Source of the DNA: Saccostrea echinata
Taxonomy: Eukaryota
Assembly: GCF_033153115.1 (NCBI RefSeq)
Contig: NW_026889762.1
Location: 5,852,496-5,916,495 of the forward strand
Direction of reading: 5' to 3'
Length of the DNA stretch: 64,000 nucleotides
Shown here: positions 12,290 through 24,539 of the stretch, one piece after another
Layout of the letters: the number at the start of each line of letters is the position of its first letter
Position numbering within the stretch: the first letter of the stretch is position 1
The notes under the pieces: model-generated
What the model was told of the DNA's origin: nothing
The model's input: only the letters and a program-made list of their open reading frames with translations
Database searches by the model: none
Made by a program: the position numbers and the translations under genes

Positions 12290-13265
12290 TGTCATGTCCG
12301 TCTTCCGTCCTTCCGTCCTTCTGTCCTTCCATCTGTCCTTCCATCACACTTTGCTTTTAGCTCTGTTCAAATCTCAGTTTTAAAGAAACTGTCCAAGATA
12401 TTTTTATCAAACTTCATATGATGATAGATATTGATGAGAGCTATGCAACTGCATCAACATTTATTGACCTTGACCTTTCCTTTGACCTTGACATCACTTT
12501 TCTTAAATTAGTGTTTAGCTCAGTTTTTAAGATACCATTCAAGATAGTGTAATCAAACTTCATATGTTGATACATACTGATGTAAGCTATTCAACTGCTT
12601 CAACATTTTTTGACCTAGACCTTTCTTTTGACCTTGACCTCACTTTTCTTAAATTATTGTTTAGCTAAGTATTAATGAAACCATTCAAGATATTTTTAAC
12701 AAACTTCATATGCTGATACATACTGATGAGAGCTATTCAACTGCATCAATATTTTTTACCTTGACCTTTCCTTTGACCTTGACCTCACTTTTCGTAAATA
12801 AGTGTTTAGCTCACTTTGAAAGATAATATTCAAGATAGTGTTATCAAACTTAATATGCTGATACAAACTGATGAGAGCTATTCAACTGCATCAATATTTT
12901 TTGACCTTGACCTTTCCTTTGACATTGACCTCACTTTTCTTAAATTAGTGTTTAGCTCAGTTTTAAAGAAACCATTCATAATATTTTTATCAAACTTCAT
13001 ATGCTAATACATACTGATGTAACCTTTTCAACTGCATCAACATTTTTTGACCTTGACATTTCCTTGGACCTTAACTTCATTTATTTTTAATTAGTGTTTT
13101 GCTCAGTTTTAAATAAACCATTCAAAATATTTTTATCAAACTTAATATGCTGATATGTATTTATGAGAACTATTCAACTGCATCAAAAACGTTTGACCTT
13201 GAACTTTTCTGGGACCTTGACCTCATTTTACTTAAATTTGCATTTTGCTTAATTTTAAAGAAACC
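12290..13265. repeat. Satellite-like tandem array, about 148-bp unit, about 6.5 copies (tgaccttgacctttcctttgaccttgacctcacttttcttaaattagtgtttagctcag...caaacttcatatgctgatacatactgatgagagctattcaactgcatcaa).
   Basis: The motif ttcaactgcatcaa recurs every ~148 bp at about 12447, 12590, 12735, 12885, 13033 and 13177. Related single units lie at 20530-20760, 20996-21140 and 23740-23800. ORFs 12071..12421 and 12816..13007 lie inside it. Confidence 0.85.
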
Positions 13266-13489
13266 ATTTAAGATATATTTATGTAAGCTTATGCACTTAT
13301 ACATAATTTGGTGAAAATTTATCATCTATATCCAACTTTTTAGATTTCAATTTCAATTTTAAAGAAACTATTCAAGATATTCTCATCAAATTTCATACAA
13401 TAATACAGATTTTCATGTTGCATTACTAATATACCCTCGGCGGGGCATTCATGTCCTATGGACATATTTCTAGTTACTTCTATATAACA

Positions 13490-14147
13490 CTTGTAACTTT
13501 TTTAAATACAAAACGTCAAATTTGAGTACTATTTGGTTTAGAGTCATCAAACTTTGTCAGTTGATGTATCTTGGGTCCTCAGAGTAGGTCGACTGAAAAG
13601 TAGGTCACCGTGACCTACTTTTCAATTTATATTACTATTAAATATTTCGGGTCCTAAATGGCTTAGAATCATCAAACTTTGTCAGTTGATGCATCTTGGG
13701 TCTTTGGAGTAAGTCGACTGAAAAGTAGGTCACCGTGACCTACTTTTGAAAATTTATGGCTTTTATTAAATATTTCAGGTACTAATTGGCTTAGAATCAT
13801 CAAACTTTGTCAGTTGATGCATCTTGGGTCCTTGGAGTATGTCGACTTAAATGTAGGTCACTCTGACCTACTTTTGGAATTTTATGGCTATAGTTCAATA
13901 TTTTTCGGGTATTAATTTGCTTAAAGTCATCAATATTTGTTGGTTGATGCATCTTGGATGCTTGGAGTACGTCGACTGAAAGGTAGATCACTATGACCTG
14001 ATATAAATATTTTTTCAGGTACTAATTAGCTCAGAATTATCAAACTTTGTCAGTTGATGCATCTTGGGTCCTCAAAGTATGTCGACTTAAATGTAAGTCA
14101 CTCTGACCTACTTTTGAAATTTATGGCTTTATTAGCTCACCTGAGCT

Positions 14148-14150
<3 letters not shown>
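13490..14150. repeat. Satellite-like tandem array, about 125-bp unit, 5 copies. Each unit contains the palindrome AGGTCAnnnTGACCT.
   Basis: caaactttgtcagttgatgcatcttgggtc recurs at about 13549, 13675, 13801, 13923 and 14041. Perfect inverted repeats taggtcaccgtgacctac at about 13601 and 13727. Diverged copies at 17165-17400. Confidence 0.85.
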
Positions 14151-14190
<40 letters not shown>

Positions 14191-14217
14191 TGTCGTCGTT
14201 GTCTTTGTTGTCGTCGT

Positions 14218-14248
<31 letters not shown>

Positions 14249-14439
14249 AAGAACCACTGGGTCAATTTCAACCAGACTTGCTGCAAAGTATCCTTGGGTA
14301 AAGGGGATTCAATTAGTTTGTTCAAATGAAGGGCTATGCATTCTTCCAAGGGGAGATAATTATGAATTTGTGAAAAATTAATGGCATCATTTAAAAATCT
14401 TCTCAAGAACCACTGTGCTTGAAAATATGAAACTCACAT

Positions 14440-15460
14440 GGAATCATTGTGAGGTAGTGCAGATTCAAGTTTGTTCAAATCATGACCCCTGGGGGTAGGG
14501 TGGGGCCACAATGGGCGATCAAAATTTTACATAGGAATACATGGGAAAAAATCTTCTTCTCTAGAACAGCAAAGCCAAGATTGGTTATATCTATATGCAA
14601 GCATCCTCAGGTAGTGTAGATTCAAATTTGTTCAAATCATGACCCCCTGGGGTAGGGTGGGGCCACAATGGGCGATCAAAGTTTTACATAGCAACACATA
14701 GGAAAAATCTTTAAAAATCTTCTTCTCAAGAACAGCTAAGCCATGATTAGTCATATTTAAATGGAAGCATCCTCAGGTAGTGTAGATTCAAGTTTGTTCA
14801 AATCATGATCCCCGGGGGTAGGGTTGGGCCATAATGGACAATCAAAGTTTTATATACAGTAGGAATAAATAGGAATAAGTCTTTAAAAATCTTCTTCCCA
14901 AGAACAGCAAAGCCATGACGGGTCTTATCTATATCATGCAAGCATCCTCAGGTAGTGTAGATTCAAGTTTGTTCAAATCATGACCCCCGAAGGTATGGTG
15001 GGGCCACAGTGGGTGATCAAAGTTTTACATAGGAATACATAGGAAAAATCTTTAAAAATCTTCTTCTCAAGAACAGCAAAGCCATGATTAGTCATATTTA
15101 AATGGAAGCATCCTCAGGTAGTGTAGATTCAAGTTTGTTCAAATCATGATCCCCGGGGGTAGGGTGGGGCCATAATGGGCGATCAAAGTTTTATATACAG
15201 TAGGAATAAATAGGAATAAGTCTTTAAAAATCTTCTTCTCAAGAACAGCAAAGCCATGATTAGTCATATTTAAATAGAAGCAGCCTCAGGTAGTGTAGAT
15301 TCAAGTTTGTTCAAATCATGACCCCTGTGGGTAGGATGGCCCCACAATGGGGGATCAAAGTTTTACATAGGAATACATAGGAAAAATCAGCAACAGCCAT
15401 TTTGTGTCATATTAATTCAAAAGCATCCTCAGGAAGTGTAGATTCAAATAAGTTCAAATC
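14440..15460. repeat. Satellite-like tandem array, about 168-bp unit, 6 copies (ggtagtgtagattcaagtttgttcaaatcatgacccc..gggtagggtggggccacaatgggcgatcaaagttttacataggaatacatagg).
   Basis: Unit recurs at about 14447, 14617, 14777, 14950, 15118 and 15286. Related units at 11113-11450 and diverged units at 30130-30640. Confidence 0.85.
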
Positions 15461-15925
15461 ATCACTCACCCACCCGCCAACCACTTTTATAGTTAAACTT
15501 TTCAAGACTGAACTGATTTCTGCTTTTTCCTAGCCAAAGTGCCCAGGTGAGCGATGTGGCCCCTGGGCGTCTTGTTGCTTGACGCCACGTGCGTCAGGCA
15601 GTATAAGGATTAATTTTTCCAAGATCCGAAACTAAGCGATCATTCTTAATGAACTAGATTTTCTGGAAGCTGATTTACACTGGATTTTGTTACCTGCCTT
15701 TAAACAAATACAGTTTGCAGAAGAAAGAATCATATTACTGATGCAAAATAATAATCTGTTTAATTCCTTCAGTTTTTTTTTTTTCGCATGCACATATTTA
15801 TCATTTGCGATTCTTTGCACGGGCATGTCCGTGTAACATGTTTTCTGCGTTTCTAAACTTCTGGATTAGTTGATTTGCCTTCTACGAAAGGGGTGACACA
15901 ATCTTTTCGCGCCAAATGTCACGTA
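15133..15925. repeat. Copy 2 of the approximately 0.8-kb near-identical segmental duplication.
   Basis: See 11113-11905. ORF 15632..15826 is the duplicate of ORF 11603..11803. Confidence 0.85.
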
Positions 15926-17451
15926 AATTATCTTCGCGCCTTTTTCTTGGATTGTTCTATTGAATGGGTGTGATAACTTCTATGGAAATAAATAACTTTT
16001 ATTCTTTTAACCTGATTCTTAAGCTTCAGATTTTTTATTAACAGTAAATTTTATCTCATTTTTAAAAGAACACATTGTATATGGGCAGGCAACACGAAAG
16101 CAATTTGCTGATTATTCTTACTATTTATCCCATAAGTGAACTACTCCAATCATAAACAAACTCCCTCGACCTAGTAAATGGGACATCCCTTCTTGATTCA
16201 GTCTGTTTTCCACCTTTTCTTTCAATATTACATTCATTAATAATGTACATTACAAGGTTGGGTTTTTTAAAAAGCTTAGAAAGTACAGCCAGTAGCATAT
16301 TATTTCATGCTTTATGATGAACAAGGATAGTGAGTGACAAGAGTGTTGGTCAGTACCCATAGAGGAATGGGCTTAACTCCCATAAGGTTCTAAGCAAAGA
16401 ATCGGCAAAATGAAGAAGACATCATGATCTCTACTAGTTTTCATTTCATATAAAAGCACGTTATTATAATTATGAGAAAGGTCCTGAAATCGATTGAAAA
16501 GAAAAAAACTAGACAATTTTAAAACTGTACATAAAGATGTATTTTAAACTCATTTATAATAGATGTATATGGTAAGGCCATCAGCGCGTGAGTTTCGTCC
16601 GGTTGGAGGGGGGGGGGGGTATTAGTATCTTGTTTTGCTCTAGCTATAATGTGTACAGTCCATTTACTTTGAATTCTAGAGCAGCATTGAAGCATTTTTG
16701 TCTCAAACACTTCAAACCAAGGCAGTTAAAACTGTTCATAATTTACTTCGTCGTCGAGAACGACGGAAAACAGACCAGTCTATAAAAAGAGGCCGTCGCA
16801 TCAATCTATCACTGACCAGAGAGTGTGCATGAAGAAGCGCGCCCTCTAGTAAGAGAGTAAATGTAATATGAAATTCTTTAAAACGAATCATCTAACTATT
16901 TTTCCCAAAATTATAATCTACTCTAGATAGCGCACTTAGAGTTTCATCCCAACGTAACTTGTCAGCCCGTGGGCTAACTAATACATGATTAAATAGTGGC
17001 ATGTCTTAGATATTCGTTAATCTGTAGTATTTGGTTATGAGATTTTCAAGAGAAAGTCAATTGTACATCTTGTGTAATGAAGTATCGCAAATATATCGCT
17101 CCTTGCTGACGGACCTCTAGCACCTCTCTTGCTTATACGTTCCATAGATATTGATTGATTAGTCAGGCAAGCTTTTTGAAAAGCTATTACTTGTATAAAT
17201 ATTTCAGGTACTATTTGGCTTAGAATGATCAAACGAAGTTAGTTGATGCAACTTGGGTCCTCAGAGAATGACAAGTGATAAGTAGGTCACCATGACCTAC
17301 TCACAGATACTAATTGGCTTAGAATCATCTTGGGTTCTCAGAGTGTTTTATCTAAAATGTAGATTGAGGACCCATGATGACCTACCTTTGGAATTTCAAG
17401 GCTTTATCTAAATGTACAGGATCAAATTTTTACAAAGGAATATGTGGAAAT

Positions 17452-18133
17452 TTTTTTTATGCCCCCGGATCGAAAGATCCCGGGGGTATATTGTTTTTGT
17501 CCTGTCTGTCTGTTTGTCTGTTTATCTGTTTGTCTGTTTGTCCGTTTTCTGTTTGTCTGTCTGTCTGTTGTCAACTTTAACCTTGCCCATAACTTTTGTT
17601 TGGTTGGAGCTATGACTTTTATATTTCACATGTGTATTCCTTGTGACAAGACCTATTTTGGGTACCATCATATTTGACCTTTTGACCTTGACCTTGGAGT
17701 TTGACCCACTTTTGCAAAATTTTATGAGACTTTAACCTTGGCCATAACTTCTGAACAGTTGGTGCTTGGGGTTTCAAACTTCACATGTGTATTCTTTGTG
17801 ACAAGGCCCTCCTTTGGATACCAACAACTTTGACCTTTTGACGTTGACCTTGGAGTTTGACCTACTTTTGAAAAACTTTAACCTTGGCCATAACTTTTGA
17901 ACAGTTGGTGCTTGGGGTTTCAAACTTCAGAAGTGTATTCCTTGTGACAAGACCTTCCTCTGGATAGATACCACTTTGACCCTTTGACCTTGACCTAGGA
18001 GTTTGACCTACTCTTGAAAAACTTTAACCTTGGCCATAACTTTTGAATGGTTGGAGCTAGGGCTTTCATACTTCACATATGTAATCCTTGCGACAAGACC
18101 TTCCTTTGGATACCAACCACCACTTTGACCTTT

Positions 18134-18164
<31 letters not shown>

Positions 18165-18510
18165 GAAAAACTTTAACCTTGGCCATAACTTTTGAATTGT
18201 TGGTGCTAGGGCTTTCATACTTCACATATGTAATCCTTGTGACAAGATCTTCCTTTGGATACCAACCACTTTGACCTTGACCTTGACGTTTGACTTTTAT
18301 TTAAAAAACTTTAACCTTCGCCATAACTTCTGAACAGTTGTATCTAGGTCTTTCAAATTTCACAGGTGTATTCCTCGAGACAAGACCTTTCTTTGGGTAT
18401 CAACATTTTTTATCTTTTGGCCTGGATTTTGACTTGCATTTGAAGAAACAATAACCTTCGCCATAAGCTGCCATACGGGGGCATCAGTGTTTCACAAACA
18501 CAACTTGTTA
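17452..18510 (+). mobile_element. Composite non-autonomous element, copy 1 of 3. The head is ttttatgcccccggatcgaaagat followed by a (gtct)n microsatellite. The body is an internal ~150-bp tandem array (tttgaccttttgaccttgaccttggagtttgacctacttttgaaaaactttaaccttggccataacttttgaa..). The tail is ccataagctgccatacgggggcatcagtgtttcacaaacaca. Resembles the pearl-type elements of bivalves.
   Basis: The same head, array and tail architecture recurs at 36953-38108 and 43480-44628. Artefactual ORFs 17374..17677 lie in the (gtct)n region. Confidence 0.7.
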
Positions 18511-19143
18511 AAAATTATCTCAAGTACAACTAAGCCATTTGTTTTATTGACATGGAAGCATCATCAGGTAGTTTAAAATTCAATCCAACCCCCCCCGTAA
18601 ACTTTTCAATACTGAACTGATTTGTGCTTTTGCCTAGCCAATGTGCTCAGGTGAGCGATGTGGCCTACGGGCCTCTTGTATTTTGAGCCTTTTTGATCAA
18701 AATATAACCATTGTCAGTGTATGTCATGGAAATGTTTTCACATTTTCATTTTGTCTCTCCAGAATCACTTAATACTCAAATAAGAAATAGAGTATTGTTG
18801 GCTTATTGATGCTCTCTTTCAATGAGAGTTGATCAAGAAAAAGTTTAAAAAATGATGGGTCGTTATATGAAATATTCTCAAAGGACAACAGCTTCATAGA
18901 AGATGACTTACAGAAATTGATTTTTTTTCAAAATATTCCAAAGGGTAGGATGGGCAAAACGAATTAACATGAGTAAACTTGGGGAAAAAGTCTTCAAATA
19001 TTTTCCAAATACTTTAAAAGCCTATTTTATTAATATAAAAACATCCTCACTGAGTGGAGATTGAAGTTTGCTAAATTAACATAGATAGGACAACAAACGA
19101 TTTTTGCTTTAATAACTATGAATAAACAAAATGAAAATTTCAG

Positions 19144-19443
19144 GAAAAAACACCACCACCACCACCACCCACTAAGAATATAATACCTCGGTTTCCACCA
19201 TCTGTAAGTGTATCTAGTATACCGCCTCAATCTCTGAGATCTCCACCACCACAATCAATGATAAGAAGAGGCAGAGGGAGAGACAGAGGAGGTGGGGGAG
19301 GGGGAGGAGACCGACAGACTCTATTACAGTCCATAACTAGAGGACAAACTCTAAAGAAAATTCCACCTCGGCCTGAAAAGCCCTCTGTAGAAGATCACCG
19401 GGATATTGTGTTTCAAGCCCTTGAACATAGAGCCAGTATTTCA
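19144..19443 (+). CDS. Exon encoding polyproline, WH2 and C (connector) motifs of a WASP-family VCA module: EKTPPPPPPTKNIIPRFPP..SPPPQSMIRRGRGRDRGGGGGGGDRQTLLQSITRGQTLKKIPPRPEKPSVEDHRDIVFQALEHRASIS.
   Basis: Acceptor tttcag at 19138-19143 and donor GTAATA at 19444. 300 nt, phase 0 in and out. LLQSITRGQTLKKI fits the WH2 consensus LLxxIxxGxxLKK(V/I). IVFQALEHRASIS fits the C-helix pattern (compare WASP LVGALMHVMQKRSRAI and WAVE VATILSRRIAVEYS). Confidence 0.75.
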
Positions 19444-20092
19444 GTAATAAATTATTTTATTCCATTAATTTTAATTTTAAAAACATTCAGTTGTCATTTA
19501 AAAAACGTGGAAGATAGTATTGTTGACTTATTGATGCCCTTGTCCAAGAAGAGATCGGACAAGAAAATTTTAAAGCTTAAAGTAGGATAAGCCATTAAAA
19601 AATATTCTCAGCTTCAGAGAAGATAACGTCCAGTTTTGATGTAGATACTTTTTTGCTTCAAAATAGGAGTGAAATGGTAATTAGCATTAACTTATTTCAA
19701 CTTGTCTATTCGGACAAATATTCCTAGAATTAAATTCTCTAAACATTTAGTTTACTTCCAAGAGAATTTGAAAACATTTTGTTAGAGGACTTATTAGCGA
19801 CATAAAGCGTGAAACTTTATGTAAAATAAAATTTAAAATTTACCAATTAGGTAGATCTGTTTTTGAATTATATTTATATAGTGTTAACACTACACGATAA
19901 TCACTATTTTAGACCTAAAATACTGAACTTCCTCGGTTACTGGCTACAATTGAAGTTTAAAATCGTAAATAATTGAGAAAATCCCATACTTTGATCTGAT
20001 TGACTTAGAGAACTTGGATTGAAGTTTTTATTTTCAATAGGAATCACATGCACTTAAGTACATTAATAAAAAAATATTTTCATACTATAATT

Positions 20093-20376
20093 GTTGCCTG
20101 CATGGAGCAGTTGTTAGAGCTTCTGCTCTAGAGTCGCGGAGTAAAGGGCTGATCCTTATGTCACGGTTTCGAACGAGAGACCGGTCCTTTGGTTGAGACC
20201 GTATAAACCGAGGTCCCGAGTCGCAGTAGGTGCTGGCACGCAAAAGATCCCTCACTGCTCAATGGCCCTGAACGCCAAATATAGGTATACATTTGCAGCC
20301 CCCAATGGCAAGTGGGGGCGTCTCAAAATGAGTAAAGAATTCTCTCGAGAGAGACGTTAAACAATAAACAAACAAA
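20093..20376 (+). mobile_element. tRNA-derived SINE (+), with target-site duplication catactataatt.
   Basis: The head is gcatggagcagttgttagagc...ggtttcgaacgag. Conserved central and 3' blocks, (CAAA)n tail. Direct repeats at 20081-20092 and 20377-20388. Confidence 0.85.
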
Positions 20377-20755
20377 CATACTATAATTATAATTGTATTA
20401 ATGAAGAGAAATGTTTAAAATGCCAAATGCGTGAGGATCAAAGTGAAATTCAAACACATTGCCCTTATATTTAATTTTTTATTGAAAAGCTGACATCAGC
20501 TTTTTCAATTTAAATTTACATTTGTATATACCACGCCTTGAAATTGGCCAGGGCATATAGTGTTAGTGTTTGTGCATCTTTCTTATATCTGTCTGTCCAT
20601 CTATCACACTTTGTGTTTAGCTCAGTTACAAATAAACTATTCAAAGTATTTTATCAAACTTCATATGCTGATACATATTGATGGGAGCTATTCAACTTCA
20701 TCAACAATTTTTTACCTTGATTGTCTTTTGTTCTTGACCTCACTTTTCTTAAATT

Positions 20756-20995
20756 GAGTAGACCACGTGGCGCAGTGGTTAGAGAGTCTGCTCTAGAGTC
20801 GCAGAGTAAGGAGTTGATCCTTACGTCGCGGATTCGAATCCACTGCGGGACGTGGAGACCGGTCCTTCGGATGAGGCTATGTAAACAGAGGTCCCGTGTC
20901 ACAGTTGGTGTTGGCACAATAAAGATCCCTCACTGCTCATTGGTTCTGAGTATATAGACGTTAAACAACAAACAAACAAACAAAACAAACACTAT
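20756..20995 (+). mobile_element. tRNA-derived SINE (+), inserted into a unit of the 148-bp satellite, with target-site duplication cttaaatt.
   Basis: tRNA-like head gtggcgcagtggttagagag..gattcgaatcc. (CAAA)n tail. Satellite sequence cacttttcttaaatt on one side and cttaaattagtgttcagc on the other. ORFs 20654..20917 and 20721..20957 are artefacts. Confidence 0.85.
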
Positions 20996-22050
20996 TCTTA
21001 AATTAGTGTTCAGCCCAGTTTCGAAGAAAGTTTCAACATATTTCTTTCAAACTTTATAAGCTGATACTTATTAATAAGAATTATACACCACTATATTTTT
21101 TTTTTACCTTAAAATTTCTTTTGACCTTCGCCTCACTTTTCTCAAATTAATTAAGGGTTTTTTCATTTTCCCTGAAAATTTTCAAGACATTTTTAGATCA
21201 CCTCAAGGAAGTTGGTGGAGCTTATGTGATACCCTTGGCGTCGGTGTCGGCGTCTCAGGTTAAATTTTTGGTGCAGTTTTCTTATCTAGTACTTCTATGC
21301 CCTGCATTGATCAGGGTTGCATGGAAAATATTTCTTGTGTGTTTCATTGTACCAGTCAAGGTTTCAGATGCTGCAACTAAGGAATGACCAGGTTAATGTT
21401 TTCAGAGCAGGTTAAAGTTTTTGGAGCACGATAAAGTTTTCCAATAAACTATAAGACCTATGTTGACCAAACTTTCATGGATGATACATCTACGGATTCA
21501 CATTACTAGGCTTGCTTCGGATGCTGGATCTAACTTACATTTTCCAGATGAGTGACCAGGTTAAAGTTTTTGAAGCAGGTTCATTTCTAAGGTAACTATA
21601 AGCCTTATGTTGACCAAACTTGCATGGGTGGTACATCTAAGTATGCACACTACTGGACTTGCTTCGGATGCTGGATAAGACCTACATTTTCCAGATGAGG
21701 GACCATGTTAATGTTTTTGGAGCAGGTTCATTCTTAAGTAAGAATTTGCTGTACCTTGACCAAACTTGCATGGATGATATATGTAAGGATGGACACTACC
21801 AGGCTTGCTTCGGATGCTGGATTTGAATTACATTTTCGAATGAGTGACCAGGTTTAAGCTTTTGGCGCAGGTCCATTACCAAGAAACTATAAGGCCTATC
21901 TGAAGCAAACTTGCCCTGATGATGCGTCAAGGGATGAACACTCTTAAACTTGCTTCAGATGCTTGATTTGAATTACATTTTCTGGAAGAGTGATTAGTTT
22001 TTGGATAAGTTAAGTCCCAATGCATAAATGTTGCATCTTGGGATGTACAC

Positions 22051-22311
22051 GTGTTTTGTTTGTTTGTTTGTTGTTTAATGTCCCTCTCGAGAATTTTTCA
22101 CTCATATGAAGACGCCACCACTTGCCGGTGGAGAGCTACAAATTTTGACCTATACTCGGACTTATGGCTATTGAGCAGTGAGGGATCTTTTTCGTGCCGG
22201 CACCTACTGTGACATGGGACCCAGAGTCGGATTCGAACCCGCGACGTAAGGATCAACTCCTTACTCCGCGACTCTAGAGCAGAGCTCTTACCACTGCGCC
22301 ACGCAGGCGAC
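22051..22311 (-). mobile_element. tRNA-derived SINE (-), with target-site duplication gatgtacac.
   Basis: Reverse-complement head gtcgcctgcgtggcgcagtggtaagagc..ggttcgaatcc. (TTTG)n at the left end. Direct repeats at 22042-22050 and 22312-22320. Confidence 0.85.
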
Positions 22312-23158
22312 GATGTACACTTGTCTACTAGATTATTAGTTTAGTGTGAAACTTTGCATTAAAGACAACATTCGTTGAGGTGAGCTCTGTAATCTCTGAT
22401 TACCTATGTTTATGAAAGCTTATGCACTGATTTATAATTTGGGATGAATTTATCAACTCTGTCCATTTTTTTTTACCTTGACATTCCCAATGACCTTTGA
22501 CTTTATTATCTATTTTGTATAATAAAACCCTGTGTTAGAGGAATTATTAAAGATATTTTCATCCAATCTAATACACTTTTACAATCTTTCATGTTGCATA
22601 ATTAATGAACCCAGATTTTTGAATTCATGTCTTTTGACCATTGTTCTAGCTGAAATGTTTTCTTCACAGAAAAATTACTTGGCAAGTGTCAATAATATTT
22701 CCTTGTCCATTTCAACTGATATAGGACGTTAGGACAAACTTAATATTAATTCCTGCATGTTTAATAAATGCCTTAGAAAAAAGGACAACTCTTTTCCAGT
22801 CATATTTCTAAAAAACAAAACAAAACAAAAAAAAAGAGCAAAATATATATTATATGGGTAGTATGGATTAATTTTTTTTCAACTCAAGGACCTTAGGGAT
22901 AGGGCAAGGCCACAATACTCAATAGGTTATCAAGAATCTTTGTACTTGATGTGATAGATACATTTATTAAAATCAAAGCATATGTGATAGGGAAAACCTG
23001 ATATTGTAATAAGTTATTATGGTTTTTTTTTTTTTTTTTGGCTAGGAACTTGGTTGTAATACGAGTACAGTACGTTATAAGGGAATGTGTAAATAAGGTA
23101 GATTAATCATGAAATAGTAGTGGTCAAAACATATATTACCCTCTTGTTTATTTTACAG

Positions 23159-23266
23159 GAGGAGGAAGAAGGAGATTGGGATTACTCTAAAGAGGAAGCG
23201 CTTGAAGAGGAAGGGAAAAAGAAAGCATTTTATTCTGCAGTGTATGGTTCAAAAGAAAGTGAGAAG
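23159..23266 (+). CDS. Exon encoding the acidic (A) motif of the VCA module: EEEEGDWDYSKEEALEEEGKKKAFYSAVYGSKESEK.
   Basis: Acceptor ttttacag at 23151-23158 and donor GTACTT at 23267. Phase 0 in and out. The acidic run with a single Trp (EEEEGDWDY) directly follows the C helix of exon 19144-19443. If unspliced, the frame stops 10 codons later. Confidence 0.7.
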
Positions 23267-23444
23267 GTACTTTCTACAGTATGTCTCTAGAGTATACCGT
23301 ATAAAGTAATGTTTGGGATTAAGTACATGTAATCCAACTTTTTTGTCTAATCAGCTGCAGGAAACTCATTGTTGAGTGTCTACGAAGTCCCATTTCATAA
23401 AAAATACTTACTACTGTGTCATACTTTCAAATGGTACATTTTTG

Positions 23445-23725
23445 TTTGTTGTTTACCGTCCCTCTCGAGAATTTTTAATCATATGGAGACGCCACCACTT
23501 GCCGGTGGAGGGCTGCGAATTTATACTCGGCACTCGGGACCATTGAGAAGTGTGGGATCTTTTTCGAGACAACATCTACTGCGGCATGGGACCTCGGTTT
23601 ATACGGTCTTATCCGAAGGACCGGTCTCCACTCCCACAGTGGGATTTGAACCCGCGAAGTAAGGATCAGGTACTTAATCTGCGATTCTTGAGCAGACGCT
23701 CTAACCACTGCGCCACGCGGGCAAC
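23445..23725 (-). mobile_element. tRNA-derived SINE (-), with target-site duplication ggtacatttttgt.
   Basis: Reverse-complement head cgttgcccgcgtggcgcagtggttagagcg. Direct repeats at 23432-23444 and 23726-23738. ORFs 23369..23662, 23475..23732 and 23550..23750 are artefacts. Confidence 0.85.
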
Positions 23726-24539
23726 GGTACATTTTTGTAACTCAACATAAGGCCAGGACATATAGTATTTATCATTTCCATTTTCCGTCCTCCCGTCTGA
23801 TAACTTCATAGTTGCACTGTTCTGATTTAGGAAATCCAGACAGAATAATCAGAGAGCTACAGATTTAAACATTGTTAAAACCTTTGATTTATGGAGACAC
23901 TGTCACAAACTGTGTATACTATATTCTTGCATTATCTGTGTTCCCCAGTTCAAAACATGGTATACTTAAATTAACAACTATTTTGTGCCTAATATTGTTT
24001 CTAAATTGATCTTTCAAGGGTTCTTTTCAAGATAACAATTTATTTAGATTTCATCGTCATATTCAACTTTAGCATAAGTTTCTAATTCCACATCCTTGTT
24101 TGTGTTTAGCTCAGTGTAGAAATAAGATATTTTTAATATTTTTAACATTTTGGTGGGAATTTTTCTGTTCTTTACTATTTACATGTGCATCTTCAAAAAA
24201 AACCTGTTTAAAATATTTATTTCAAATTTAACACACAAAACACATCAAATTGAAGTACTTTTCAACTGTGTCATAGTTTTCATGTCTTGGTTTTAGATAT
24301 ACATTTTACTTCTCTAATAAAAAATTGCTTTTATCACAGTGTAGAAAAAAACAGTTGATAATATATTCATCAAACTCATAACACTTATACAAATTGGTGA
24401 GTGTAATTAAATTCTTTCATAATTTTCTTACATTTTTCTTTTCTATGATTATGACCTAGAGTCATTTAATCGTGCCATAAATTCTAGTTTTTACATTAAA
24501 TATGGACTTCATTTTAATTATTAAAACTTAATGATATGA

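Noticed and set aside
12071-12421. 116-aa ORF with repeated SVLPSVLP
   Set aside because: It lies in the head of a pearl-like or satellite element ((gtcc)n-like microsatellite) and is an artefact of the repeat.
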